From Spirochaetia bacterium (GTDB lineage Bacteria; Spirochaetota; Spirochaetia; DSM-2461): a DNA stretch of 64,000 nt. The position numbers and the translations under genes are program-made. Location of the stretch: the NCBI GenBank assembly GCA_963668315.1, contig OY764216.1, forward strand, positions 2,432,001-2,496,000, given 5' to 3'. Below the pieces are notes generated by a model. That model was given only the letters and a program-made list of their open reading frames with translations, did no database searches and was not told where the DNA came from. Shown piece after piece: positions 18,296 through 28,460 of the stretch (position 1 is its first letter; the number at the start of each line of letters is the position of its first letter).

Positions 18296-19576
18296 TCAGG
18301 AGAGGGGGATCACGGCGGAGAGGGTGAAGGACCTGCCCCGGGTATCCACGGTCACGAAGCCGTTGTACTTCTCCACCGTATGGCGGATGCTCTTCAGACC
18401 GAAGCCGTGGTAGCCGTTGGCCGGTTTCGTGCTGCGCGGCAGGTCTTCATCGAATTCGAGGTTCTGGTCGAAGGGGTTGATGATGTTGATGATGAGCATA
18501 TCGTTTTTCGTGTAAATCATCACGTCTATGAACCGGCTCTCCCTGTTCTCGTTTTTCATGACGCTTTCGATGGCGTTGTCCATGGCGTTTCCAAAAATCG
18601 TATAGATATCCACCGGGGCTATGAAGTTCATTTTCAGCCCGTCGGCCACGCAGTTGATATGGATGTCATGGGACTGGCAGTAGAGACTTTTCTCCGTCAG
18701 GATCGTATCCAGCGCCTCGTTGTTGGTCCGTACCAGAGAGTCATAGATGTTGATCGACTCTTCGATCTCCTTGAGATAGCCGTCTTTGTCGCCGGTCCCT
18801 TCCATCTGTCTGATGGCCGACACCTGGTGGCGCAGGTCGTGGCACTTCCTGTTGATCAGGCTGATGTTCTCCTTGGAGAGGTCATACTGATTTTTCTGGT
18901 GGTGCCAGAGGTAGTTGAGCTTGTCCAGTTCCTGCTGGATGGCGCTTTTGGAGAACAGGGCGTTCTGGAGGAAGAGCACGGTCACCGCGTAGGCCTGGCA
19001 CATGAGGATGAGAAGGGAGAGGGGAACATTGCCCGCGGGCAGGAACGTGCTCTCCAGAAAATATCCCAGCACTTCGTATATGACCATGAGCAGGAGGGCC
19101 GAGGAAAACTGGCGGGGCCCGATGCGGAACGTGTGGTTCAGGAGCAGCGACCGGGCCACGGATATCCCCAGGGTGAAGATATAAGCCGAGATGTAGAGGA
19201 TTATCAGCATCATCTGTATTCCGAAGGGCTGGAAGAAGGGTCCCCCGGGCAGAAGTTCGAGGAATCTGTATACCGACATGAAGAGCCTCGTAACGATGAC
19301 GATCCATAGGGTATGGTAGATAACGCCCTTTCTGGTCATCTCGGCACAGAAATCCACGGCCAGGAAGGTTAAGAGATATTCCAGAAGCCAATCGGCCGGA
19401 TTGCCGAAGCGGAAGTAGGCCGAAAGGGCTCCGGCGAGGAGATAGAAAAATCCCAGCATCACATAGCGGAGGACGATATTCTTCCTGTGGGTGACGGGGA
19501 ACAGGAAGACAAGAGTGGTGCCCCCCAGGGCGGCGAAGTCGAAGAGGGACATGATGGGCAGGATGGAGCTGATCAT
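18296..19576 (-). CDS. Membrane-bound GHKL sensor kinase (AgrC/VirS-like)
   Basis: NRKCHDLRHQV, FGNAMDNAIES, YHGFGLKSI; start MISSILP at 19576 overlaps the regulator stop (ATGA). Confidence 0.9.
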   Translation of the reverse strand: MISSILPIMSLFDFAALGGTTLVFLFPVTHRKNIVLRYVMLGFFYLLAGALSAYFRFGNPADWLLEYLLTFLAVDFCAEMTRKGVIYHTLWIVIVTRLFMSVYRFLELLPGGPFFQPFGIQMMLIILYISAYIFTLGISVARSLLLNHTFRIGPRQFSSALLLMVIYEVLGYFLESTFLPAGNVPLSLLILMCQAYAVTVLFLQNALFSKSAIQQELDKLNYLWHHQKNQYDLSKENISLINRKCHDLRHQVSAIRQMEGTGDKDGYLKEIEESINIYDSLVRTNNEALDTILTEKSLYCQSHDIHINCVADGLKMNFIAPVDIYTIFGNAMDNAIESVMKNENRESRFIDVMIYTKNDMLIINIINPFDQNLEFDEDLPRSTKPANGYHGFGLKSIRHTVEKYNGFVTVDTRGRSFTLSAVIPLS

Positions 19577-20280
19577 TTGCCCCCCTGGATAAAGCGGGTG
19601 AAGGCTTCCCGGAAAGCCGCTTTGTTGCGCCGGCTTATCTCCAGCTCGAACTCGCCCAGGGTCACTGTGCTGTTGCTGATATTGCTGACATGCTCCAGAT
19701 TGACCAGATACCAGTGGTTGCAACGGACGAAATTATAAGGGGACAGTTCATCCTCCACCCCTTTCATGGTCCCCCTGACCGAATAGGTCTTATCGCGCAG
19801 ATGGTAGTGGAGAAAGCGGTTGCTGCTCTCAACGTAATAGATCTCTTCCGTATCCAGGGTGACGATGAAGTCCTGGCTCGAGAGGGTGATTTTCTTCGAT
19901 CTATGTCTGTCTATCCTGTCGATGGCCCGGGCGAAGCGCTTGGTGAAGGTAAAATAGTTGATCGGTTTGAGAATAAAATCGAGGGCATCGACCTCGTAAC
20001 CTTTGATGGCGTACTGGGCCATGTAGGTGATGAAGACAATCACCGTTTCTCCGTTGGATTTCCGGATCTCGTGGGCCGTATCCATGCCGTTCATATCGGG
20101 CATTTCTATATCAAGGAAGATGATATCATAGCCGTTTGTGGGGCCTGCCAGAATCTCACTGCCGTCTTTGAAGGGGGTTATCTCCGCTTCCGAACCGGTT
20201 TCCGCCATGTAATCGTTGATATACTGGACAATCTTCTCCCTGTATTCCTGCTCGTCCTCTACTACAGCGATTTTCAGCAT
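19573..20280 (-). CDS. LytTR-family response regulator
   Basis: Receiver IAVVEDE...LDIEMP...KP; FVRCNHWYLVN...ISRRNK. Confidence 0.93.
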   Translation of the reverse strand: MLKIAVVEDEQEYREKIVQYINDYMAETGSEAEITPFKDGSEILAGPTNGYDIIFLDIEMPDMNGMDTAHEIRKSNGETVIVFITYMAQYAIKGYEVDALDFILKPINYFTFTKRFARAIDRIDRHRSKKITLSSQDFIVTLDTEEIYYVESSNRFLHYHLRDKTYSVRGTMKGVEDELSPYNFVRCNHWYLVNLEHVSNISNSTVTLGEFELEISRRNKAAFREAFTRFIQGGK

Positions 20281-20394
20281 TCCCGATTTCCTTCAAAGAT
20301 GTTTCCCCGGGGGATAGGAACATCATATCCCAATCGAGTTCCTTATTCAATGAGACGGCTATTCGGGAAATCGTCAAAAAAATGAAAAAAAACA

Positions 20395-20425
20395 TTGACC
20401 TGGAGTAACCTCAAGGTCGTATTTT
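20395..20425 (+). promoter_or_regulatory. MerR-type promoter/operator
   Basis: TTGACC, 19-bp spacer, TATTTT, with dyad ACCTGGAG-TAAC-CTCAAGGT (7/8) overlapping the -35. Confidence 0.65.
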
Positions 20426-20504
20426 AAAATCAACATGATAAAACATGCCGATGGTTAGCATTCCTCGGCTTGAGAGCTTAAAATTAATCCCAAGGAGATA
20501 TTTT

Positions 20505-21380
20505 ATGATTTTAGATGAAAATTATACTTTAAAAAATGGTGTGGAGATCCCCAAACTGGGGCTGGGAACCTGGATGATCGGCGATGACGCTGTCGCCCGG
20601 GCAGTCAAGGATGCGGTAGAGCTGGGGTACCGCCATATAGATACGGCTCAGGCCTATGCCAACGAGCGCGGCGTAGGGGAGGGCGTCAGAGCCTGCGGAC
20701 TGAGGAGAGAGGAGATTTTCGTCACCACAAAGCTGGCCGCCGAAGCCAAGAGCTACGATGTGGCCGCCGCTTCCATCGATGAATCCCTCAAGGTGATGGG
20801 GCTCGATTATATCGACATGATGATTATCCACAGCCCCCAGCCCTGGATGGAGTACGGCGCCGACGAGGACCGCTGCTTCGAGGGAAACAAAGAGGCATGG
20901 CGCGCTCTGGAAGATGCTTACAAAGAGGGAAAAATCAAGGCTATCGGCCTCTCCAACTTCCTGAAGGAGGACCTGGACAATATCCTGGAATCCTGCACCG
21001 TCAAGCCCATGGTCAACCAGATTCTGGCCCATGTCAGCAATACTCCCTTTGATCTGATCGATTACTCCACGTCCAAGGGGCTTCTGGTCGAAGCCTATTC
21101 GCCTGTGGGACACGGGGAGCTGATGAAGAATCAGAAAATCATCGACATGGCCGCCAAGTACGCCGTTTCCGTTCCTCAGCTCTGCATCCGCTACGATCTG
21201 CAGCTGGGACTTCTGCCCCTGCCCAAGACGGCCAATCCCGCCCATATGAAGAACAACGCCGAAGTGGACTTTGTCATCTCCGAAGGAGACATGGACGTCC
21301 TTAAAAAGATGGAGAAGATCAAGGATTACGGCGACGCCAGCATGATGCCCGTTTTCGGCGGCAAGCTGCCCCGGGGTTAG
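20505..21380 (+). CDS. Aldo/keto reductase (2,5-DKG reductase-like)
   Basis: IPKLGLGTW, GYRHIDTAQAYANE, IFVTTKL, IIHSP, IGLSNF, LPKT; ATG at 20505 follows AAGGAGA. Confidence 0.93.
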   Translation: MILDENYTLKNGVEIPKLGLGTWMIGDDAVARAVKDAVELGYRHIDTAQAYANERGVGEGVRACGLRREEIFVTTKLAAEAKSYDVAAASIDESLKVMGLDYIDMMIIHSPQPWMEYGADEDRCFEGNKEAWRALEDAYKEGKIKAIGLSNFLKEDLDNILESCTVKPMVNQILAHVSNTPFDLIDYSTSKGLLVEAYSPVGHGELMKNQKIIDMAAKYAVSVPQLCIRYDLQLGLLPLPKTANPAHMKNNAEVDFVISEGDMDVLKKMEKIKDYGDASMMPVFGGKLPRG

Positions 21381-21381
21381 G

Positions 21382-22314
21382 CTATTTTCCGGCGGGAGAA
21401 TCGCGGAGTTCCAGCCAGATGCGTTTCGTAACGGGCGTGGCGACTCCCAGCGATTCTCCCAGTCTTACGACGGCGGCCCCGTAAAGGTCAAGCTCGTTCT
21501 TCCTCGAGGGGTCGGCGAAATCCCTCTGGAAGGAGGTCGTCGTATTATATTCAAGGCCGTTTGTGAATCTCTCCGCATCCTGAACGTCCTCTTCGGTAAG
21601 AGCGACGCCCGCCGCCAATCCCAGTTCATACACTTCCCGTACCATGGTCTTCACCGTGCCGTCCAGCACGGGATCTTCCCGCAGGGCTCCCATGGTTTTG
21701 CCGCTCCAGGCTCCCAGGAGGCTGTAGGGTGAGATAAAGAGGAATTTCCGCCAGATCGCCGGCCGGGGATCGTCGAACCACCGGGCGTTTATTCCGGCCT
21801 TTTCCAGAAAAGAGGTTAAGGGCGCGGGATCGAAATCCGGGCTTCCCGGGCTGTTCCCGAAGACAAAGAGCTCCCGTCCCGTCTGATATCTGACAACGCC
21901 CGGCGCCTCTATATAGGAGGAGACGTAGGTGGCCCCGGAGAGGAGAATCCCCCTGTCCAGATGCTGCCTGATCCGCAGGGGAATATCCATCCCGTTGAGA
22001 ATGGGGATCAGCAGGGTCCGCTCGCCGATCAGCGGTTCGATCTCCCGGCAGGCCTGTTCCAGGTCATAGGACTTCACGCAAAGGAAGATGAGATCCTGCA
22101 CTCCCAGATTTTCCGCAGAGGAAGTGGCCGCGGCGGGATGGACGACGACGTCGGGGCTGTCCGGGTGTTTGTAGGTCAGCCCCTTGGCCGTGATAGTTTC
22201 CAGATGTCTGCCCCGGGCGATGAAATTCAGCCGGGCCTGGGGCAGATGGGAACCGATTTTTGCGCCCAGATAGCCGCCGATTCCCCCTATGCCGAAAATG
22301 GTAATATTGTGCAT
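21382..22314 (-). CDS. panE: Ketopantoate reductase family protein
   Basis: GIGGIGG, ARGRHL, CVKSYD, ILNG, IWRKF, TTSFQRD, NELD. Confidence 0.82.
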   Translation of the reverse strand: MHNITIFGIGGIGGYLGAKIGSHLPQARLNFIARGRHLETITAKGLTYKHPDSPDVVVHPAAATSSAENLGVQDLIFLCVKSYDLEQACREIEPLIGERTLLIPILNGMDIPLRIRQHLDRGILLSGATYVSSYIEAPGVVRYQTGRELFVFGNSPGSPDFDPAPLTSFLEKAGINARWFDDPRPAIWRKFLFISPYSLLGAWSGKTMGALREDPVLDGTVKTMVREVYELGLAAGVALTEEDVQDAERFTNGLEYNTTTSFQRDFADPSRKNELDLYGAAVVRLGESLGVATPVTKRIWLELRDSPAGK

Positions 22315-22378
22315 GGGCCTATTCTACGAATAGTTCTGCCCCATGTCCATAGGTGGTATCGGTCGGCCAGATCCGGTA

Positions 22379-25138
22379 TCAGCTTTTAAAAAGAGATTCC
22401 AGCTCTCCGGCGCCAATCTCTACGGCGGGTTGGAAATCCCCGCTGTTCATATAGGCACAGATACTGGCCAGCAGCTGGGAAGAAACGGCCTTACCCTCCA
22501 GATTGTCGAAATTCATGCTGGAAACCATCAGCTGCCCTCCGCCGCAGCGGCACTCGAAGAGCATGGCGAGCTTGTGGCTTCTGAACCATGTATCGATGGG
22601 CTGAACCAGGGGTTCGAGCTCTCCGGGTAGATCGTCCAGAACCAGGGAGGCCGCGTCGTGCATCGGCTCCCACCACTGCCAGTTGCTGTAGTCCTCCGTG
22701 GGGAAACCGGCGAAAACGGGATGTCCCGAATCGCAGCTGAGCCCCAGGGTATGGGGGGCCTGATGGCGCGTCCACGAGGTGTTCCAGAAGACAGAGGAGA
22801 ATCCCGTGGCCACATCGGTGTCCACGGCGGCGGGGGGAGCGGTCAGCAGAACCTTTTTCCCCTCCTTCAGGGCTTTCAGAGCTTCTGCGGGTGTATAGCA
22901 GCGGTAGACATCTCCTTCGGCGGTCGAAATCTCTTTGGGATAGACCCAGACATCCCAGTTATTCACGGCGCCGGTTTCGGGGAATTGCACTTCCAGGGTA
23001 TAGCGCGCCGGAGACTCGAGGCCTTCAAAGGAGAAAGAGAAGGGCGAGAGGCGGTTAAGCCCCCGGGTCAGGCTTTTCCCGCTCCCCAGCTTCTGCGTGC
23101 TCAGCGCTTTTCCCTTGCTGTCTTTCACTGAGACGGTGAGCTCGGCATTTTCATACTCCCGGTCGGAATAGTTGTAAAGGTCCAGATCGGCGGTTATCGT
23201 CTCGTTCTCCCGGAAAATCCTCCGGGGCAGCCGGGCCAGGGGCACGATTTCGCTGCAGAAACGGTGGAAGTCCTGCGCTTCGCAGTAGCCCTTATCTTCC
23301 CAGAAAGCATTCAGAACGCCCACCAGAGCCGTGCCCTGGCCGGGAAAATCGGTCAGTCCCAGAAGCTGGAAGCCCGAGATATTCTCGGTCCGGAGATTGC
23401 TTTCGATCTCCTCCTTGTAGCAGAGGAGCTGCTGTTTCCCCGAGGCGTAAAGAAAGGCTTCCGACTTATCGGCCATGCCCCGCCTTTTCATGATATCCTG
23501 GAACACTTCGTAATTTTTCGGTTTGAGGAAGCCCGTGTACTTTTTCATCTCCTTGAAATCGGGGAAGACGCACCACTGGCCGTTCTCGTGAGTAATGACG
23601 GGGACATCCCGCTTGCGGCAGAAGTCATAGTAATCGGTAACCGTCTCCGGCGCCCGGCCGTTGATCCGGGACTTCAGCTCTTCTCCCCAGCGCTGCAGGC
23701 GGGGATCGGGTGTGACATGGAACTGATTCTCTTCGTTCTCCGGCCAGCCGGAAGAGCAGGTATAGAGGCGGCGGCTGTCCTTCTGTTTCCAGTAAGTCGT
23801 CCAGGCGGCCAGAAAATCCTTGTCTCTGCCGTAAGGTTCGTTGCCGCTGTTGAAGAGGATGAAGGAGGGATGATGGCCGTATGCCCCGATGATCCGCTCC
23901 GATTCCCTGAAGAGCCACTCATCCTGATCGGCGTCGCCCTTGAATTCCACACCCTGATTTTTCCACAGGGGGCACTCCACCTGGAGATAGACCCCCGCTT
24001 TGTCCGCTTCGCTGAAAGCCGCTTCCGGGGGGCACCAGGAGTGGAACCGCATATGGTTCATCCCGTAATCCTTGAGTTTGGCATAGATCTTTTTCCAGCT
24101 CTCCCCGTCCGTGGGGGGATGGCCGGTTTTGGGGAAAACGCAGCACTCCAGAGTTCCCCTGAGGTGAATCGCCCGGCCGTTGACGAGGATTTTGTGACCG
24201 TCGGTTTGAACATCCCTGAGCCCGGTGGTCAGAGTGCGGCTGTCCAGGAGGGCGCCTCCCCTGGTCAGGGACAGGTCCAGCGTTACCAGCTGGGGGTTGT
24301 GTTCGTCCCAGAGGCCAAGGTCCCTGTCGAACTCGATTTCCCGGAAAATCTCCCCGGATCCGGGAAGGAGGGTCACACCGGTTTTCTCCTTAAGGGGGGA
24401 GTCCGGCCTTTTGGCCGAAGACGTGAGGGTCAGCTCGGCTTTCACCTTTGTCTCTTCCCGGTTGGTCACGGTCAGCTTCACGATGGCCGACTTTCGGCCG
24501 GAAACGGGGAATATGTCCCATTTTTCAATCCGGCAGGAGGTCACAGGAGCCAGGGACATCTCGCCCACCACGCCGTTCCAGCTGCCTTGGGTGTGGTCGG
24601 AGACGCTGTGGGCGTTCGGGCCCATGTCGTAAATCATCCTGTTATCGACCCTTATGACCAGTTCGCCCTTTTTCTGACCCTCCTTGCGCGTAAGGATGTA
24701 TTCATGGGCCGTACACAGGCTGTCCCTTGACCCCAGGGGAGCTCCGTCGAACCAGACTCGGGTTTCCCAGTGGGTGCGTTCCAGGGTCAGGAGCCAGGTC
24801 AGGACTTCCCCGCCTTCGGGGAACTCTATTGTCCTCTTGTACCATGCGGGCCCGACGAAACGGGTATCCGGCTGGAGCCAGTAGATATATTTGAAATCTT
24901 CCGCCGTGCGGTAGGGGGCATAGAGATCTTCTCCGAGGAATTCGCTTCCCACCTGCGAGCCCACCCAGTCCGTATCCGGTCCGATCGGATCGCCCAGTCG
25001 GTTTTCTTCGAGACAGCCGGGCATTTTGATCACCCCTTCGGCGGGGGGGAAGGACGCATCCGTTCCCATCAGTTCCAGTCCCTTGTCTTCCCTGTCCAGA
25101 TATACGGACCAGTCTCCGGCTAAGTTGATGTTACTCAC
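22379..25138 (-). CDS. GH2-family glycoside hydrolase
   Basis: Sugar-binding N-domain (AWYKRTI, LERTHW); LWDEHNP; GMNHMRFHSWCPP; HHPSF...GNE; THENGQW. Confidence 0.85.
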   Translation of the reverse strand: MSNINLAGDWSVYLDREDKGLELMGTDASFPPAEGVIKMPGCLEENRLGDPIGPDTDWVGSQVGSEFLGEDLYAPYRTAEDFKYIYWLQPDTRFVGPAWYKRTIEFPEGGEVLTWLLTLERTHWETRVWFDGAPLGSRDSLCTAHEYILTRKEGQKKGELVIRVDNRMIYDMGPNAHSVSDHTQGSWNGVVGEMSLAPVTSCRIEKWDIFPVSGRKSAIVKLTVTNREETKVKAELTLTSSAKRPDSPLKEKTGVTLLPGSGEIFREIEFDRDLGLWDEHNPQLVTLDLSLTRGGALLDSRTLTTGLRDVQTDGHKILVNGRAIHLRGTLECCVFPKTGHPPTDGESWKKIYAKLKDYGMNHMRFHSWCPPEAAFSEADKAGVYLQVECPLWKNQGVEFKGDADQDEWLFRESERIIGAYGHHPSFILFNSGNEPYGRDKDFLAAWTTYWKQKDSRRLYTCSSGWPENEENQFHVTPDPRLQRWGEELKSRINGRAPETVTDYYDFCRKRDVPVITHENGQWCVFPDFKEMKKYTGFLKPKNYEVFQDIMKRRGMADKSEAFLYASGKQQLLCYKEEIESNLRTENISGFQLLGLTDFPGQGTALVGVLNAFWEDKGYCEAQDFHRFCSEIVPLARLPRRIFRENETITADLDLYNYSDREYENAELTVSVKDSKGKALSTQKLGSGKSLTRGLNRLSPFSFSFEGLESPARYTLEVQFPETGAVNNWDVWVYPKEISTAEGDVYRCYTPAEALKALKEGKKVLLTAPPAAVDTDVATGFSSVFWNTSWTRHQAPHTLGLSCDSGHPVFAGFPTEDYSNWQWWEPMHDAASLVLDDLPGELEPLVQPIDTWFRSHKLAMLFECRCGGGQLMVSSMNFDNLEGKAVSSQLLASICAYMNSGDFQPAVEIGAGELESLFKS

Positions 25139-28100
25139 TGTTTTTCTCCTGATTTGATGTTTCTTTCGTGCAGATTCGCACCCTGATGATCGGGCATGAA
25201 CTCAAGAATGCCCTTGATTTCGTCAATGGCCCTGGCCGTTTCTCCCAGACCTTCATACCCCAGGCTTCTCAGGTAGGCGCAGTTGGCCAGCCGCAGCCTG
25301 TCCCCATCCTGCTGGAAGACGGTGATCTCCGGCAGGGATACGGCGAAGTAGTCCGGTACCGCCGGCTTGAAGCTCATCTGTTCGCCGAATCTCATCAGCT
25401 TGTGATAGCGCTTTTTCGCCTGCCCCCTGTCTCCCCGTTTCTCCCAGGCCAGTGCCTGATAGTAGATTGTATCGGAGGGCTGGTCGTTGTAGTAAAGCAT
25501 CTCCGAGGGCTCTTCCAGCCCGGCGCCCGCTTTTTCCCACCAGATTTCTGCCTCGTTCCTCCGGCCGGCCTTCTCCATGAGGCAGCCCAGGTAGTAGTGG
25601 ACGATGTTATCCTGCGCGTTGGGAAGTTTGCCTTCGCCCAGATTCTCCGGAACGGTCAGGGCCTGCTTCAGAAGGGATTCGGCCCTTTCCAGGTCTCCCT
25701 TTTCCGTTGCCGCCCGGCCCAGCTCTCCCAGAGCCAGGGCATACTGGCGGCTCGCCCGGCCTTCTCCTCCCTCCCAGGGGTGGAACCGGCGCGTAGAGAG
25801 GATCTCCAGGGCTTTCGCGTAGTGTCCCGCCGTATTCAGAAGTGTGACATACTCCACGGCCAGGTCGTCCCTTTTCAGGGCCAGGGCCTCATTCTCTTCC
25901 AGGCGTTTCAGCCGCTCTTCCAGAGGCCTGCCGCAGAGGGCCGAGAGGTTGTCGTATTCGAAGAGGAGGCGGGCGTCCCCCTTATCGAGGCGGAAGGCTT
26001 CCGCCATGCAGGCCAGGGCCCGTTCGCCGTCCTTTGCCTTATTGTAATAGTAAATGGAAAGATTTCTGTGGTTTGTGGGGAAGGCCGGATCAAGGGCAAT
26101 CGCTTTCTTCCAGCACTCCGCCGCCCGGGCGTACTGTTTTTTGTCATAGAGCAGATTGCCCAGATAGTAGCAGGCCTTCGCTCCCGAGGGATTCGTGCTG
26201 ATCGCTCTCTCTAATAGGGCAATCTCTTCCGATTTGTTGGGAAAGCAGTAGGCGCTGTCCATGGATTCCGCCCGTTTCAGCGACTCATCCCGTTTTTCCT
26301 TGTCCCCGAGAATGTCGCACAGCCAGGCTTTCATAAAGAAAACCCGGGGAGACGGATCCTTCTCCAGCTCCAGGACGGCCAGGGCATCCTCGTTAAGTCC
26401 GGCCCTTTCGTAATCCAGGGCCAGGTCCAGATAGAGGTTCTCCTCCACGCCGAGTCCCGCGGCGCCCGACTCGAAAAGCAGCCCCGGATTCAGTCTGTCG
26501 ATTTTCCGGCACGTTTCCAGCAGGGGCTCCCTCTCATCTCCGGTTATCCGTTTGAGAGCCGTCCTGAGAATGAGAGCCTTCATGTTATGTCCGTTATAGA
26601 TAAGGGAACGCTCCAGAAAACCGTCGGCCTCCTTCCAGAGCTTCTTCCGGCTGGCCAGGCAAGCCAGATAGTAGAATCCGAGGCTCTGGGCGTCTTCGCA
26701 CCAGGTGGCTTTGTAAAAGGCGTCATAGGCTTCATCGTATTTTCCCTGCATGAAGAGGGACTGGCCCAGGTGGAGCTGATTCAGGCCCGTATAGGGATTG
26801 GCCGTGAGCCAGCTCTCTCTTTTCACGGCTTTGCGGAAGTATTTCTCGCTTTCGGCAAACTGCCCGCTCCGGTAGAGGAGAAGACCGCAGGCATCGTTCA
26901 GGCGCATATCGTCGGGAAAGCGCTTGAGCCCTTCCCGGTAGTAGGCTTCCGGCTCGTAGCTGGCGTGGCGGTACTGTTCCAGGTGGAGTCCCGCGAGGAA
27001 GAGCTCTTCGGCGCTGCTCAGGTCTTCCGGGCGGGGGAGGGCGGCGGCCGGATCGGGCAGGGATTCGTAGCTCTCCTCTTTAATCGTGTAGTCGACAAGA
27101 AGTTCGCCCGCAGCCGAATGGACGCTTACGGTAAGACCCATATCGCACGGGAGGGGCAGCTCCATTTCCAGAGACACGGGGGCTTCCGGGGAAGGGGAAA
27201 CCTGCTGCTTCCAGAGAACTTTGCCTCCCTTTTCTATGCTTATCTGCGCCTCTTCGCGGACCGCCGTCGTATAGAGGACGATCGTTCCCTTCCCTTCGGA
27301 AAAGGTCCAGTTGAGAGCGGCCTCTTTCGTGGCGTTCTTGACGCGGCCCGCCTTTTTATAGGGCATGAAATACTGGGTGAACACCTTTTCCTCGTGGGGA
27401 TTCAGCCAGGTGAAGTCGGGCTGGTTATCGGTGAAGACGCCGGTCATCAGCTCGATATAGGGGCCGTCCTCGTCGGTCAGGTTCCTGTCCCAGGCCCGGC
27501 CGAAATCGGCATTGCCCCAGGTCCACTGCTTTTTCCCGGGCGAGATATGGTGATCCGCCACATGAAGAAGCCCGGCGTCCCGGCTCTCGTCGTAGTTTCC
27601 CATGAAGTCGTAATCCGACCGGTGGGCCATGTAGGAGGTGGGCACGGGAATATTGGCGTACCGGGAGATATCCACTCCGGCGGAGTAATCCATCTTGTAG
27701 TACTCCCCCGTGGCGATGGGGTAGGAGGAGACCGCCCGCTTCCCGTGGTCCATGACCGCTTTCACGTCGGAGGGGAAGACCGAATAGGTGTGATCGTTCA
27801 CGGAAACGGCGGGATTGGCCCACCACAGGAACGTCTGGGGCAGATCGGTGGGATTGGAGAGGCGTCCGTGGATTTCCAGATAGGCCGATTCGGGATAGAG
27901 GGAGAATCCCACCACACTCCGGGTGCCGTACATCTTATCCGTTTCGCCGCACCAGAGGGTCTTCCGGCCGTCTTCTCCCGTTTCCATCTCATAGTCCAGG
28001 GGGGCGTATGTGGAGGGGCGGTGGTGCTGGGGCCAGTTGAACTCGATGCCGCCCGAGATCCAGGGGCCCGCCAGTCCGACAAGGGCCGGTTTGATCACCC

Positions 28101-28389
28101 GGTTGTAGTAGACAAAGTCGTAATTGTTCGTCTTGTCCAGAGCCCGCTGTATGCGCCCGCCCAGTTCGGGGAGGATCATGATCTTCAGGTAGCGGTTCTC
28201 CAGGAATACCGCCTTGTAGGTTTTATCTATCTTCTCATCGGTAAGGCCGTCTATCACGGGAAAGGGATAGACCTTGCCCGAACTGCCCTGATAGGCTCTT
28301 TTTTCAAGGAACATGGGGTTTTTATCCGGTTCGGTAAGCGTATAGGTGGGAATGGTGACATCCTCTTCCCATAACATGACATCACTCAT
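25135..28389 (-). CDS. DUF5107 plus TPR-repeat protein (YphG-like)
   Basis: PMFLEKRAYQGSSGKVYP, ILPELGGRI and IKPALVGLAGPWISGGIEFNWPQHHRP match the YphG family as recalled; TPR-like C-terminal half. Confidence 0.85.
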   Translation of the reverse strand: MSDVMLWEEDVTIPTYTLTEPDKNPMFLEKRAYQGSSGKVYPFPVIDGLTDEKIDKTYKAVFLENRYLKIMILPELGGRIQRALDKTNNYDFVYYNRVIKPALVGLAGPWISGGIEFNWPQHHRPSTYAPLDYEMETGEDGRKTLWCGETDKMYGTRSVVGFSLYPESAYLEIHGRLSNPTDLPQTFLWWANPAVSVNDHTYSVFPSDVKAVMDHGKRAVSSYPIATGEYYKMDYSAGVDISRYANIPVPTSYMAHRSDYDFMGNYDESRDAGLLHVADHHISPGKKQWTWGNADFGRAWDRNLTDEDGPYIELMTGVFTDNQPDFTWLNPHEEKVFTQYFMPYKKAGRVKNATKEAALNWTFSEGKGTIVLYTTAVREEAQISIEKGGKVLWKQQVSPSPEAPVSLEMELPLPCDMGLTVSVHSAAGELLVDYTIKEESYESLPDPAAALPRPEDLSSAEELFLAGLHLEQYRHASYEPEAYYREGLKRFPDDMRLNDACGLLLYRSGQFAESEKYFRKAVKRESWLTANPYTGLNQLHLGQSLFMQGKYDEAYDAFYKATWCEDAQSLGFYYLACLASRKKLWKEADGFLERSLIYNGHNMKALILRTALKRITGDEREPLLETCRKIDRLNPGLLFESGAAGLGVEENLYLDLALDYERAGLNEDALAVLELEKDPSPRVFFMKAWLCDILGDKEKRDESLKRAESMDSAYCFPNKSEEIALLERAISTNPSGAKACYYLGNLLYDKKQYARAAECWKKAIALDPAFPTNHRNLSIYYYNKAKDGERALACMAEAFRLDKGDARLLFEYDNLSALCGRPLEERLKRLEENEALALKRDDLAVEYVTLLNTAGHYAKALEILSTRRFHPWEGGEGRASRQYALALGELGRAATEKGDLERAESLLKQALTVPENLGEGKLPNAQDNIVHYYLGCLMEKAGRRNEAEIWWEKAGAGLEEPSEMLYYNDQPSDTIYYQALAWEKRGDRGQAKKRYHKLMRFGEQMSFKPAVPDYFAVSLPEITVFQQDGDRLRLANCAYLRSLGYEGLGETARAIDEIKGILEFMPDHQGANLHERNIKSGEKQ

Positions 28390-28460
28390 GGCATATAGTC
28401 TCCTTTAGCTGGATGATATCATGGGAAAAGGGGCAGAAAAATGTCAAATAATACTATAAA

